From the NCBI GenBank assembly GCA_965240325.2, contig OZ251248.1, positions 868,001 through 932,000 on the forward strand: a stretch of DNA of 64,000 nucleotides. The letters are read 5' to 3'. Below are positions 50,945-62,360 of this stretch, piece after piece. This DNA comes from Rebecca billardiae RCC1528 (lineage: Eukaryota; Protista; Haptophyta). Made by a program: the position numbers and the translations under genes. Below the pieces are notes generated by a model. The model did no database searches and was not told the origin of the DNA. It saw only the letters and a list, made by a program, of their open reading frames with translations. Position 1 is the stretch's first letter. Every line of letters starts with the position of its first letter.

Positions 50945-53900
50945 TCGCCGCCGCCGCTGCTCGCGGTGGGCGGCCGGCTGAGCGAGGCGGAGATGGTGGC
51001 GGCGCGCGACGCGCTGCTCGAGCTCTCGATCGGCGCGGCGGAGGTCACGCCGCGCACGCCCTCGGGCCTCGAGCAGGCGGCGGCTTCGCTCGCGGCCGTG
51101 CTGCGCGCGCCCATCTCGCTCGGCGGCGGCGCGGCGATCGAGGCGCTCGAGCATGCGGCGGGGCTCGCGGCCGCGGTGGCGGAGGTGGGCGCGGCTGCCG
51201 GCGCGGCGCGCGCGCTCGCGGCCGCAATCGACGCGGCGCTCGGCGCCGACTCGGCGCCGCTCTCAGACGCGCAGGCCGACGCGCTCGCCGACGCGGCCGC
51301 GGCGGCGCTCGGCGCGCTCGGCGCGGCCGCGCTCGCCGGCGCCGTGCCGGGCGAGGCGGCGGTGCAGCTGCCCGGACTGTCGCTCAACGTGAGCGCGGTG
51401 CGCGTGGAGGCGGCCGAGCTCATCGGCGGGCGGTGGATCCCCGCGCTCGACGCGCACGGCGGGCTGCTCGTCCGCGCCGACGTGCTCGCCTTCCTGGGCA
51501 ACCTCTCGCTCGCCGCAGGCGTCGACGTTGTGCTCAGCTCGGTCGCGCGCGACCTGCGCACGCGCACGGACGGCGCGTCGGGCGGCGAGGACGGCGGGCT
51601 GGAGCTGGCGGACGGCGCGGGGAGCGAGGTGCTCACGCACGTGTTCACCGTCACGCTGCGCGCGGCGGGCGGCGACGAGATCGCGATCTCCGCCCTGCCG
51701 CGGCCGCTGCTGATCGCCGTGCCGCCGCGCGCCGGCCTGAGCGCCGCCGCCGTCCGCTCCGCCGCCGAGTGCCGCTACTGGGATCTGCGGGCGGCGGCGT
51801 GGCGGGCGGACGGGTGCGAGGCGGTGGCGCCGCCGGAGGACGCGGCGGAGGTGGGCGCGGGCGCGCCGCTCGACCAGCTGCCGCTGCTCTACTGCGCGTG
51901 CACGCACCTCACCGAGTTCGCCGGCGTGGGCGAGCCGCCGCCGACGGGCGGCGGCGACGCGGGCGGCGACGACGGCGGCGGCGCCGGCACCGCGCTCGCC
52001 GCCGCGAGTCCGGCCGGAGTGAGTCCGGGCATCGCGCAGGTGGCGTTCGACGTGGTCGTCTCGCTCGCCGCGCGCACGGTGCCGCGGCTCGTGTACCTGC
52101 TCGTCGGGCTCAACGGCGCGCTCCTCGCCCTCGCGTCGCTGATGGACGCGCGCGCGAGGCGGCGGCACGCGCGCTGGTACCGCGCGGAGCGTGCGAGCGC
52201 GGGCGCGACGGCCGCGGCAGAGGGCTCGGTGCGCGGCCGGCACGCGGGCGCGGTGGTGGAGGAGGCGGAGGCGAGGCGCTCGTTCGTGCTCAGGCGGCTG
52301 CACTCCGCCGCGTCGCTCGCGCGCGCGCTGCCCAAGGACGGCGGCGCGCCGCGCGCCGAGGCGGAGGGCCCCCCGGGAGAAGCGCCAGAGGCCTCGGGCC
52401 CGGAGCGGGCGCCGCCCAACGTAAACCCTAGCCCTAAGCTGACGGCTAACCCTACACTGACGGCGCGCGCGCTCGCCACGCGGCTGGGCGGCGGCGACGA
52501 GCGCGGCGGCGCCGCCGCCGAGCCCGAGGAGGCGGACGCGCGCAGCGAGGGCTCGGCGGCGGGGCTGGCGCGCATCGAACCAGAGGGCGGCGCGCATCAT
52601 CACCCGTCCATGCCGCGCGCGACGGGACTCGCGCGCGGCGCGCGCGGCGCGCCCTCGCCGCGAGCGAGCCCGAGTTTGCGCGGCGGCGGCGCGGGCGCGG
52701 GCGCCGCCTCCGACTCCGAGGCTGAGGACGAGGAGGCGGACGCGCGCAGCGAGGGCTCGTCACCGGAGCTGGCGCGCATCGAGCCAGAGGGCGGCGCGGC
52801 CGGACTACCGCTGCCGCCCGCGCGCCCGGCCGCTGCGCGCTCTCCGCGCACGCGGCCGGGTCGGGCTGTGCGGCAGCCGCGGCCGCGGCCGGCGGCGATC
52901 TCGTGCGACGAGACTGCGGGCGGGCTCGGCTCGCTGCTCGCCGACGAGCACTCGCTGCTCGCGGTGCTGCTGACTCCCGCGGAGCAACCGGCGCAGCGCG
53001 CGCTGTTTGTGCAGTCCGTGTTTGTGGCTTTTTTTTTAATGCTCGCCCTCGCAGTCCGGCTCTTCACGCCGCCGGGGCAGCCGCGCGCCCCGTCAGGCGC
53101 AGGCGCGGGCGCGGACGCGGGCGCGGGCGCGGCGGTGGGCGGCGCCACGGCGCTGATCGCGGCGGCGGGCGGCGCGGCGCTCGCGTGCGCGCGGCTGCTG
53201 CGCGGCGCACTCGCCTCCTCGCGCGAGCCGCCGCCGCCCACGGTGCGGCTGTACCGCGCGCTGCGGGACACCATCGTCCGCATCCTCGAGGCGGACCTCG
53301 CCGCGCTGCGGCGCGCGGCCGCGGCCGCGGCCGAGAGCAGCGCGGCCGAGAGCGCCGCCGCGCCCGCCGCCGCCGGCGCGGCCGAGGCTTCGGCCGCCGA
53401 GGCGGCCACGGCTGCGGCGAGGCGCGCGGTGCGCGCGATCGCGCCGACGGCCAGCTTTGCGCTCCGCCTCGAGAGCTCGATGGTGCAGCAGCAGCAGCGG
53501 CAGCAGCGGCCGCAGCAGCCGCCGCCGCGCTCGCTGCGCCCCGCGGCCACATTTGCCGCGCCCACTCCGGACGAGGGCGCCTCGGCGGCGCGGGCGCAGA
53601 CGCGGCAGCAGGCGCGCGCGCAGGGCGCGCACAGGCGTTGCCCGCTGCGCGCCTCGGCGTCCCAACCGTCGCTGCTCGGCGCAGAGGCAGGCGCCGAGCC
53701 CGACGGCGCGGGAGCGGAGGGGCGGCGCGGCCGCGGCGCGGCCTCGCCGCTGAGTCCGCGCGGCGGCGCCGACGCCGACGCCGACGGCGCTGGTGGCGGC
53801 GGCCGCCTCGCCGCGGCCGCGGTGGCGGCGGCGGCGGCGGCCGCGGGCGCGGCGGCGCGGCCGGCGCGCGCGCTGTCGCGTCGATCCAGCGGGAGCAGCG

Positions 53901-55630
53901 TGAGCTCGCTGCTCTGGGGCGCCGAGCGCGCCGAGCCGTGCGCGGCGGAGGCTTTCACGGACCTCACCGCCGCCGCGCCGACGACGCCGCCGCCGCGCGT
54001 CGCGCGCGGCGGCAGCGGCGGCGGCAGCGGGGCTTCGCTGGGCGCGCGCGATCGGGTGACGCCGACGCGGCTGCCGCCGGCGCAGCGCGGCGCGCTGCTG
54101 CGCACGCCGCCGCCGACCGCTGCGCCGGCGCTCATGCCGCGCGTCGCGCCCGCCGCCGTCGCGGCCTCGCCGGCCGGCGGCGCCGCGCCCGCCGCCGCCG
54201 CGCCGCCGCGCGCGCCGCTCATCCTGCCGCGCCCGCCATCGGTGGCTGCGCGCGCGGTGCCGGGCGGCGGCGGCGCCGAGCGTCCAAACGTGCCGCCGCG
54301 CCGCCTGGCGAGGCCGCCGCCGGCCGGCGCGGCATGGCGCTCGGGGCCCGTCGCGACGCCGGTCTCGCCGACGCGCGCGGCGCCGCCAGCCGCGGCCGCG
54401 CCCGCTGCGCCGGCGGCGGCGCGCACGCGGATGGCGCCGCCAACTCGCGCCGACGCCGCGCCCGCCGCGCCGACGCCGCCCGGCGGCGCGCGCCGCGCCG
54501 CCGACGGCGCGCCGAGCGGCGCGCCGCCGCCGCTCACGCCGCCGAGCGGCGGCGCCGGCGGCGCGCTCGCCGCGCCGCCGCGCGCCGACGGCCGCGTGAC
54601 GCCTGAGCGCGCCGGCCGCGCGCCGAGCGGCGCCGCCGCTTCCGCGCGCGCGCCGGCCGCGCGGCGCATGCGCATGGCGCCGCCGCCGCCGCCGCCGGCG
54701 CGCGCGCCGCCGCCGCGCCTTCCAGAGGTGGCGGAGGTGGAGGAGGCGCCCGCCTCGCCGCCGCCCTCGCCGCCGCGCGCGCCCTCGCCGCCGCGCGCGC
54801 CGCTCGGCGCGCGCGCGCGCGCCGCGCTGCGCCGCACGCGCGCGTCCGCGCGCCGGCTCAGCGGCGCGGTGGCGTCTGCTGCGGCGGCGGCGGCGGGCGC
54901 GCGCCGAGCCTCCGTGTCCGCGCTGCACGCGCGCGAGCTGCGCGCGCTGCGCGTCATCTTCGACTCGTTCGACTCGGCGGACGACGCGCGCCTCGACGAG
55001 CGCACGCTCTCCACGCTGATGACCGAGCTGGCAGACCCACTCACGCAGTACGAGACGCGCGCGCTCGTGCGCGCGCTCGACGCGTCTGGCGACTGGCGCG
55101 TGGATGAGGGTGAGCTGGTGCAGTGGTACGCGCGGCAGCACGCGCGGGAGATGGCGCGCGGCGGGCGGCGGCGGAAGGGGGCTGGGCGGTGGGCGTGCGC
55201 GCCGCCGCCGAGGCGTGCGCGCCCGCCGCTGCTGTGGGCCGGGCTGCTCACGCTCAGCGCAGCCCTTGCCATCCTCGTCATCGTCGGCGCGGACGCGGTG
55301 CCGAGCGCCGCGCTGCGGCCGATGCTCGGGGCGTGGGGCGCGGCGCTCGCGCTCGCGCTGTGCGTGCTCGAGCCCGCCGGCCTCGTGCTCGCGTGGTGGG
55401 CGCTGCCGCGCGTGCGCGCGCGGCTGCGCCAGATGCGCGCGCCGCCGCCGCCGCCGCGCGAGGACTCGGGCTACTCGGAGGAGGAGGGCGGCGGTGCGCC
55501 GCGGCCGCAGCAGCCGCTGCGCGCGCCGCGCGGTGCGGCCGGGACGGCGTACAGCGGTGGCGGCACGCCGCTGGCAGGCCCGAGCCTGGGGCGGCCCTCA
55601 GAGTCCAGTCCTGCCTCGCCCTCTGCCTGA
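34912..55630 (+). CDS. Giant polycystin-1 (PKD1)-like membrane protein, ~6,550 aa: RCC1 propeller, Ser-Pro3 stalk, 3 IPT/TIG, PKD/REJ, GPS, 5 TM with EF-hand pair
   Basis: Predicted exons 34912-35063, 35183-35362, 35464-35817, 36156-36494, 36754-36933, 37171-55630 (19,665 nt, in frame; all introns GT..CAG). Seven RCC1 blades (HTC/HSC...KC-WG.N..GQLG); SPPP tract 37271-47581; IPT motifs (LDPPAGPVGGGTVVTLSGAGF, VRVALNGQQF); REJ hallmark NRPPFGGGLRVQPPEGVALSTLFELSAPGWADDAEDLPLRYAFGY; GPS CRYWD...W...GC...CACTHL|TEFA; five hydrophobic segments; EF-hand-like pair. More introns may exist in the last exon. Confidence 0.85.
34996..37270 (+). other. RCC1/BLIP-II 7-bladed beta-propeller region (domain of the giant receptor)
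   Basis: Seven ~60-aa repeats with QHTC, AHSC, SHTC, MHSC, KQSC, KHGC, FFTC, each followed by C-W/F-G and a GQLG-type motif. Confidence 0.85.
37271..47581 (+). repeat. 10.3-kb coding repeat: (Ser-Pro3)n extensin/HRGP-like tract, ~3,440 aa
   Basis: 12-nt unit with synonymous variation and no stop in frame across 10 kb. SP4 punctuation in the first ~4.3 kb; 11 PR-x-x-PF motifs in the last 1.8 kb. Confidence 0.95.
51770..51922 (+). other. GPS (GAIN) autoproteolysis motif; predicted cleavage HL|T between 51910 and 51911
   Basis: CRYWDLRAAAWRADGC...LYCACTHLTEFA has the conserved C..W..W..GC..C.C.HL(T/S).F pattern. Confidence 0.9.
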
Positions 55631-56277
55631 CAATGAGGCCGCCATCTGTTGTGCAGTTGGTTTGGTGGGTCTGGCGCGAAGCTCACAAGGGGTCAGCAAT
55701 GTACTGGAGACGCAAGCGCTGTGCAAATCCAGCCGCAGAATCCGGAGCAGCAGGACTCAGAGCCCAGAGCTCAGCGATTATCGCCCCAAGCAGCAGGCAC
55801 GAGGTTGCCGCAAATGGCGGCACGCAGCGCCGCAGCAGCAAAGGGCATTCATTGTGGCAAATCGCGTCGGCGTCCGTGCGCGTGCGTCGGCGGCCGATTC
55901 CTTCGCACGCGCAGGCGCAGGCTCCGCTGCCCGCGGGCAGCGGCCGGGCAACACAGGCATGCGTGATTTCCTGCAGCAGCGTGCAGAAGTGGCAGGTGCC
56001 CAGTCAGCCCGAGCGGCTTTCCTGCAGCATGCAGAAGGGGCCGCAGCCCAGCCCGCACGGCTTCCTGCAGCAGGCAGAAGGGGCTGCAGCCCAGCCCGCA
56101 GCAGCCCCCCCCTCAACAGCTCTCTCGGCCCACGGCCGCCGCACCGAGCGCTGCCAGGCGCTCGTGCATTGCTCAGACCCTCTCGCGCGGCGAGGGAGGC
56201 TCCCAAAGGCCCGCAGGCCTTCGTCATCGCGCACGTGTCAAGAGCTCCGCTTGAGCCTTGCCCAGGACTCGCAAACG

Positions 56278-56718
56278 TCCTCCATCGTCCTCCGGCCAGC
56301 GGCCGTCGAGGCTGCTCTGCTCCACCGTCCTCCGGCCCGCGGCCGTCGAGGCTGCTCGGCTCCACCGTCCTCCGGCCAGTGGCCGGCGAGGCTGCTCTGC
56401 TCCACCGTCCTCCGGCCCGCGGCCGTCGAGGCTGCTCTGCTCCACCGTCCTCCGGCCAGCGGCCGTCGAGGCTGCTCTGCTCCACCGTCCTCCGGCCCGC
56501 GGCCGTCGAGGCTGCTCTGCTCCACCGTCCTCCGGCCAGCGGCCGTCGAGGCTGCTCTGCTCCACCGTCCTCCGGCCAGCGGCCGTCGAGGCTGCTCTGC
56601 TCCACCGTCCTCCGGCCCGCGGCCGTCGAGGCTGCTCTGCTCCACCGTCCTCCGGCCCGCGGCCGTCGAGGCTGCTCTGCTCCACCGTCCTCCGGCCTGC
56701 GGCCGTCGAGGCTGCTCT
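56278..56718 (+). repeat. 40-bp tandem minisatellite, ~11 copies
   Basis: Unit tccaccgtcctccggcc(a/c)gcggccgtcgaggctgctctgc, bracketed by a ~46-bp direct repeat at 56239 and 56751. Confidence 0.92.
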
Positions 56719-58429
56719 TTGCGGCCCGCCGGGCCCTAGAACCCGGCCCGCAAGAGCTCCGCCTGAGCCTTGCCCAGGACTCGCAAGCGTCCTCCACCGT
56801 CCTCCGGCCCGCAGGCCGTCGAGGCAAGGGCTTAGCACGCTGCAGGTGCCGCTTGTGCCCGCAGGCAGCAGCCAGGCAACACCTAACACAGGCATGTGTG
56901 ACTTCCTGCTAAGCATCAATAGTACTTGCACTAGCAGTACTACGCGAAAGGTGCATTCATCAGCCGCCCAATAAGGCATACGCGGATTTCCTGCATATCG
57001 TCATGCAGAAGGGGTGGATGCCCAGCCGGTGCGGACCATGGCTGTCCGTCCGGCGCTCGCCGTGCAGTGAGGCAGCTCCGCCGAGCAGCAAGGCGCAAGC
57101 CCGCTGGCTGCAGCAGGCAGATCCACTTGGCACTGCAGCATACGGGCAAGGCCGGCAGAGCCTGCCTTGCTAATTAGGCCTGAGCAGGCCGCTGGAGACC
57201 AGCAGGCCTGCACTGCCGCTTACTTGCTGGAACCTGGGTATACAGCAGGGCCGCTACGTTGCTATCAGCGCACTGGCCTGCCAGGCAGCACAGGCCGTGC
57301 CGGTAGGCCGCAGCCAAGGCCCTTGCAGCAGCCGAGAGGCCGCTCAACGCCTGCCTCGTCGTCGTCAAAGCCAAAGGCAGCAAAGCAATCGAAAAACGAA
57401 CACCGCCACCGTGCGCATCATGCAGTTGGGATACGGATTACGGTCCCCGACCCTACAAGCACAGCCACCCGACGCCCCTGTGGAACGATTGGGAACGTCA
57501 GCGCGGCAAACACGTCGCAGCCGCAAGTACCCTGGTGGCACAGTGGGCTGCAACCACTCGGGCCTCCACTTGGAGGTATCCCAACTGTCGACGACGTCGC
57601 CGATCTGGTGACTGCGTAGCAGTGGGCATAACATACTACAATCATGCGGCGAACAAGGAACAAGGACCGCTTGTGTTGTGCAGTTGGTTTGGTGGGTCTG
57701 GCGCGAAGCTCACAAGGGGTCAGCAATGTACTGGAGACGCAAGCGCTGTGCAAATCCAGCCGCAGAATCCGGAGCAGCAGGACTCAGAGCCCAGAGCTCA
57801 GCGATTATCGCCCCAAGCAGCAGGCACGAGGTTGCCGCAAATGGCGGCACGCAGCGCCGCAGCAGCAAAGGGCATTCATTGTGGCAAATCCTCCCACCCA
57901 CCCACCCTGACTACCAGGCAAGCAGCTGAGGGTGCTCACCACTGGCCCCAGCAGGAGCTGACACCAGTGCTGGCTATGCACTACCACCGCAAGGGTGGCT
58001 CTCTCACTGCCAGCAGGCAGTCGACACAGGGCACTGGTTGGGCGCCAGCGAGCAGCTCACTCCAAGATGCCGATGGCGCGAGTGTGTGCTTGAGCATGGC
58101 CTGAGGGCCTCATATTGTCTTTGCTGACGAAGGAGATGACGACGTTGGCGCATCGGAGGCAGGTCGGAGAGTGGTGAGGCGATGACTGGTTGGAGGCGCA
58201 ATGGCGGGTCGGAGCGCGATGACGGGTCGGAGGCAGGGCGAGTCTTCCAGGTCGAAGGTGGGGGTTTGAGGTCGGAGAGTGGCGAGGCGATGACTGGTCG
58301 GAGGAGCGATGACGGGTCGGAGCGATGACGGGTCGGAGTCACAAGTTGCAACCGACGCTGGCATTCGGCTGTGCAAAGCCGCTAATCAGGCAAGGAACCA
58401 CTGCGATCGCAGTTTCGAGGGCCCTGCAA

Positions 58430-61400
58430 GCTGCAGGCGCCGCTGCCCACAGGCAGCTGCCTGCAGGGCAACACAGGCATGCGTGATCGCCTGCAGCAGG
58501 AGGCAGAAGGGGCAGCCAGCCCGAGCTAATTTCCTGCATCATCGATCATGCAGAGGAAGGGGCAGCTGCCCTGCAATGGCACGGAACATCGCGCTCACAG
58601 TGCCAAGGGCTCAGCACACCACAGGCGCAGCTGCCAGCAGGCAGCTGCCAAGCAACACAGGCGTGCCTTATTTACTGCAGCAGCATGCAGAAAGTGCAGT
58701 CAGCCCGAGCGGCTTCCCTGCATCATCATGCGGAAGAAGGGGCAGCGGCCCAGCCGGCGCGGCACATTGCACGTGCAGTGTCAAGCCCCTGGCTAAGCAA
58801 ACCGCAGCCGCAGGCGATGCGATTTCCTGCAGCAGCATGCAGAAGGGCAGCCGGCCCGAGCGGCTTTCCTGCAGTATGCAGAAGGGGCAGCAGCCCAGCC
58901 GGCGCGGAACATCGCGCTCGCCGTGTCAAGAGCTTAGCACTCAGCAGGCACCGCTGCCAGCAGGCAGCTGCCAGCCCACGAGCGGCTTTCCTGCAGCAGG
59001 CAGAAGGGGCAGCAGCCCAGCCAGAGCGGCTTTCCTGCAGCATGCAGAAGGGGCAGCAGCCCAGCCGGCGCCGAACAACGCGCTTGCAGTGTCAAGGGCT
59101 TAGCACTCCGCAGGCGCCGCTGCCCGCAGGCAGCTGCCAGCCCACGAGCGGCTTTCCTGCAGCAGGCAGAAGGGGCAGCAGCCCAGCCCGAGCGGCTTTC
59201 CTTCAGCAGGTGAAGGGGCAGCAGCCCAGCCGGCGCGGTGAAGGGGCAGCAGCCCAGCCGGCGCGGCACATCTCGTTCACAGTGTCAAGGGCTTAGCACT
59301 CCGCAGGCGCCGCTGCCAGCAGGCAGCTGCCAGCCCAAGCGGCTTTCCTGCAGCATGCAGAAGGGGCAGCAGCCCAGCCAGAGCGGCTTTCCTGCAGCAT
59401 GCAGAAGGGGCAGCAGCCCAGCCGGCGCCGAACACGCGCTCGCAGTGTCGAGGGCTTAGCACTTCGCAGGCGCCGCTGCCCGCAGGCAGCCGCCAGCCCG
59501 AGCGGCTTTCCTGCAGCATGCAGAAGGGGCAGCTGCCCAGCCGGCGCTGCACATCGCGCTGGCAGTGTCGAGCCCCTGGCTCAGCAAACCGCAGCCGCAA
59601 GCGCGACTGCCAGCAGGCAGCAGCCTTACAAAACAGGCATCATTGTGATGCGATTTCCTGCAGCAGCATGCAGAAGGGGCAGCCAGCCCGAGCGGCCTTC
59701 CTGCAGTATGAAGAAGGGGCAGCAGCCCAGCCGGCGCGGAACTCGCGTTCGCCGTGTCAAGAGCTCAGCACTCTGCAGGCGCCGCTGCCCGCCGGCAGCT
59801 GCCAGCCAGAGAGAGGCTTTCCTGCAGCATGCAGAAGGGGCAGCAGCCCAGCCAGAGCGGCTGTCCTTCAGCAGGCGAAGGGGCAGCAGCCCAGCCGGCG
59901 CGGAACTTGCGCTTGCCGTGTACAGCCCGAGCTGCTTTTCTGCAGCATGCAGAAGGGGCCGCAGCCCAGCTGGTGCTGAACATCGCGTTCGCAGTGTCAA
60001 GGGCTTAGCACTCCGCAGGCGCCGATGCCCGCAGGCAGCTGCCAGGCAACACAGGCATGCATGTGTGATTTCCTGCAGCACTGAGGCATGCAGAAGGGGC
60101 CCCGCCAGCCCAGCCAGAGCGGCTTTCCTGCAGCATGCAGAAGGGGCAGCAGCCCAGCCGGCGCCGAACAACGCGCTCGCAGTGTCGAGGGCTTAGCACT
60201 CCGCAGGCGCCGCTGCCCGCAGGCAGCTGCCAGCCCGAGCTGCTTTCCTGCAGCATGCAGAAAGGGGCAGCTGCCCAGCCGGCACGGCATATTGCGCTCG
60301 CAGTGTCGAGCCCCTGGCTCAGCAAACCACAGCCGCAAGCGCGGCTGCCTGCAGGCAGCAGCCTGGCAAAACAGGCATGTGGTGCGATTTCCTGCAGCAG
60401 CATGCAGAAGGGGCAGCCAGCCCGAGCGGCCTTCGTGCAGTATGCAGAAGGGGCAGCAGCCCAGCCGGCGCGGAACTCGCGCTCGCCGTGTCAAGAGCTT
60501 AGCACTCTGCAGGCGCCGCTGCCCGCTGGCAGCTGCCAGCCCGAGAGAGGCTTTCCTGCAGCATGCTGAAGGGGCAGCAGCCCAGCCGGAGCGGCTGTCC
60601 TTCAGCAGGCGAAGGGGCAGCAGCCCAGCCGGCGCGGAACTCGCGCTTGCCGTGTACAGCCCAAGCTGCTTTCCTGCAGCATGCAGAAGGGGCCGCAGCC
60701 CAGCTGGTGCTGAACATCGCGTTCGCAGTGTCAAGGGCTTAGCACTCCGCAGGCGCCGCTTCCCGCAGGCAGCTGCCAGGCAACACAGGCATGCATGTGT
60801 GATTTCCTGCAGAACTGAGGCATGCAAAGGGGCCCCAGCCCAGCCAGAGCGGCTTTCCTGCAGCATGCAGAAGGGGCAGCAGCCCAGCCAGAGCGGCTTT
60901 CCTGCAGCATGCAGAAGGGGCAGCAGCCCAGCCGGCGCCGAACACGCGCTCGCAGTGTCGAGGGCTTAGCACTTCGCAGGCGCCGCTGCCCGCAGGCAGC
61001 CGCCAGCCCGAGCGGCTTTCCTGCAGCATGCAGAAGGGGCAGCTGCCCAGCCGGCGCTGCACATCGCGCTGGCAGTGTCGAGCCCCTGGCTCAGCAAACC
61101 GCAGCCGCAAGCGCGACTGCCAGCAGGCAGCAGCCTTACAAAACAGGCATCATTGTGATGCGATTTCCTGCAGCAGCATGCAGAAGGGCAGCCAGCCCGA
61201 GCGGCTTTCCTGCAGTATGCAGAAGGGGCAGCCGCCCAGCCAGCGCGGAACATCGCGCTTGCAGTGTCAAGAGCTTAGCACTCTGCAGGCGCCGCTGCCC
61301 GCCGGCAGCTGCCAGCCCGAGCGGCTTTCCTGCAGCATGCAGAAGGGGCAGCAGCCCAGCCAGAGCGGAACTCGCGCTCGCCGTGGGCGTGTAGCCGTGT

Positions 61401-62360
61401 ACAGCCCGGGCGGCTTTCCTGCAGCATGCAGAAGGGGCCGCAGCCCAGCCGGCGCGGAACATAGCGTTCGGCGTGTCAAAGGCTTCGCACTCCGCAGGCG
61501 CCGCTGCCCGCAGGCAGCTGCCAGCCCGCGAGCGGCTTTCCTGCAGCATGCAGAGGGGGCAGCAGCCCAGCCTGAGCGGCTTTCCTGCAGCATGCAGAAG
61601 GGGCCACATCCCAGCCGGCGCGGAACATCGCGTTCGCAGTGTAAGGGTTTAGCACTCCGCAGGCGCCGCTGCCCGCAGGCAGCTGCCAGCCCGAGCTGCT
61701 TTCCTGCAGCATGCACAAGGGGCCGCAGCCTAGACGGCGCGGCACATCGCACTCGCCTTGCCGGGGCTAACACGCAGCAGGCGCCACTACCCGCAGGCAG
61801 CGGCCAGGCAACACAGGCATATGTGATTTCCTGCAGCAGTATGCAGAAGGGGCGGTCAACCCGAGCTGCCTTCCTGCTCATGCAGACGGGCAGCAGCCCA
61901 GCCCGAGCGACTTTCCTGCAGCGTGCAGAAGGGGCAGCAGCCCAGCCGGCGCGGAACCCGGCCCGCAGGCCGCTGGAGCCCGTGCAGGGTCGTGCACTCG
62001 CACTGAACGACAGACCTGAGGCTCTCGGAGCTGGCACAGGAAGGGGGTTCTGCTACGACCCTCCCCCAGCGGCCCGCCAGGCCGCAGCAGGTGCAGATGC
62101 TGCTGGTCAAGACGCCAGCTGGAGAGCATCGTGCCTCGTGCCTCGTGTCAAGAGCCCAGCAAGCCCTCTGCAGACCGAGGTCGCTGCAGCATGCAGCAGA
62201 GCCTGCTCGTTACACCGGCACGCGCGGTTTCCTGCTGCAGGTCACGGGGCAGCTGCCCGGCTTGGCTGGAGCCGCTGCTTTCCTGCAATGCTGGACGTGC
62301 GGCAGTCGCCCGTGCGGCAGTCGGCGCACGGTTTCCTGCAGCAGCATGCAGAAGGGGCAG
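58430..62360 (+). repeat. Modular satellite built from gcggctttcctgcagcatgcagaaggggcagcagcccagcc and linked modules, with higher-order blocks
   Basis: Dozens of copies of the core. The block at 59381 recurs at 60891, and 59700-60100 recurs near 60430-60830. Confidence 0.88.

Noticed and set aside
37080-55281. Minus-strand and alternate-frame ORFs over the giant receptor (AAGSAAG, GGG-rich, AEPAA)
   Set aside because: Frame shadows of the SP3 repeat; they are broken by stops while the SP3 frame stays open into the IPT, REJ and GPS domains.
56278-56718. CRISPR array or repeat protein gene
   Set aside because: Contiguous 40-bp units with no spacers; the period is not a multiple of 3 and the same peptide cycles through all frames.
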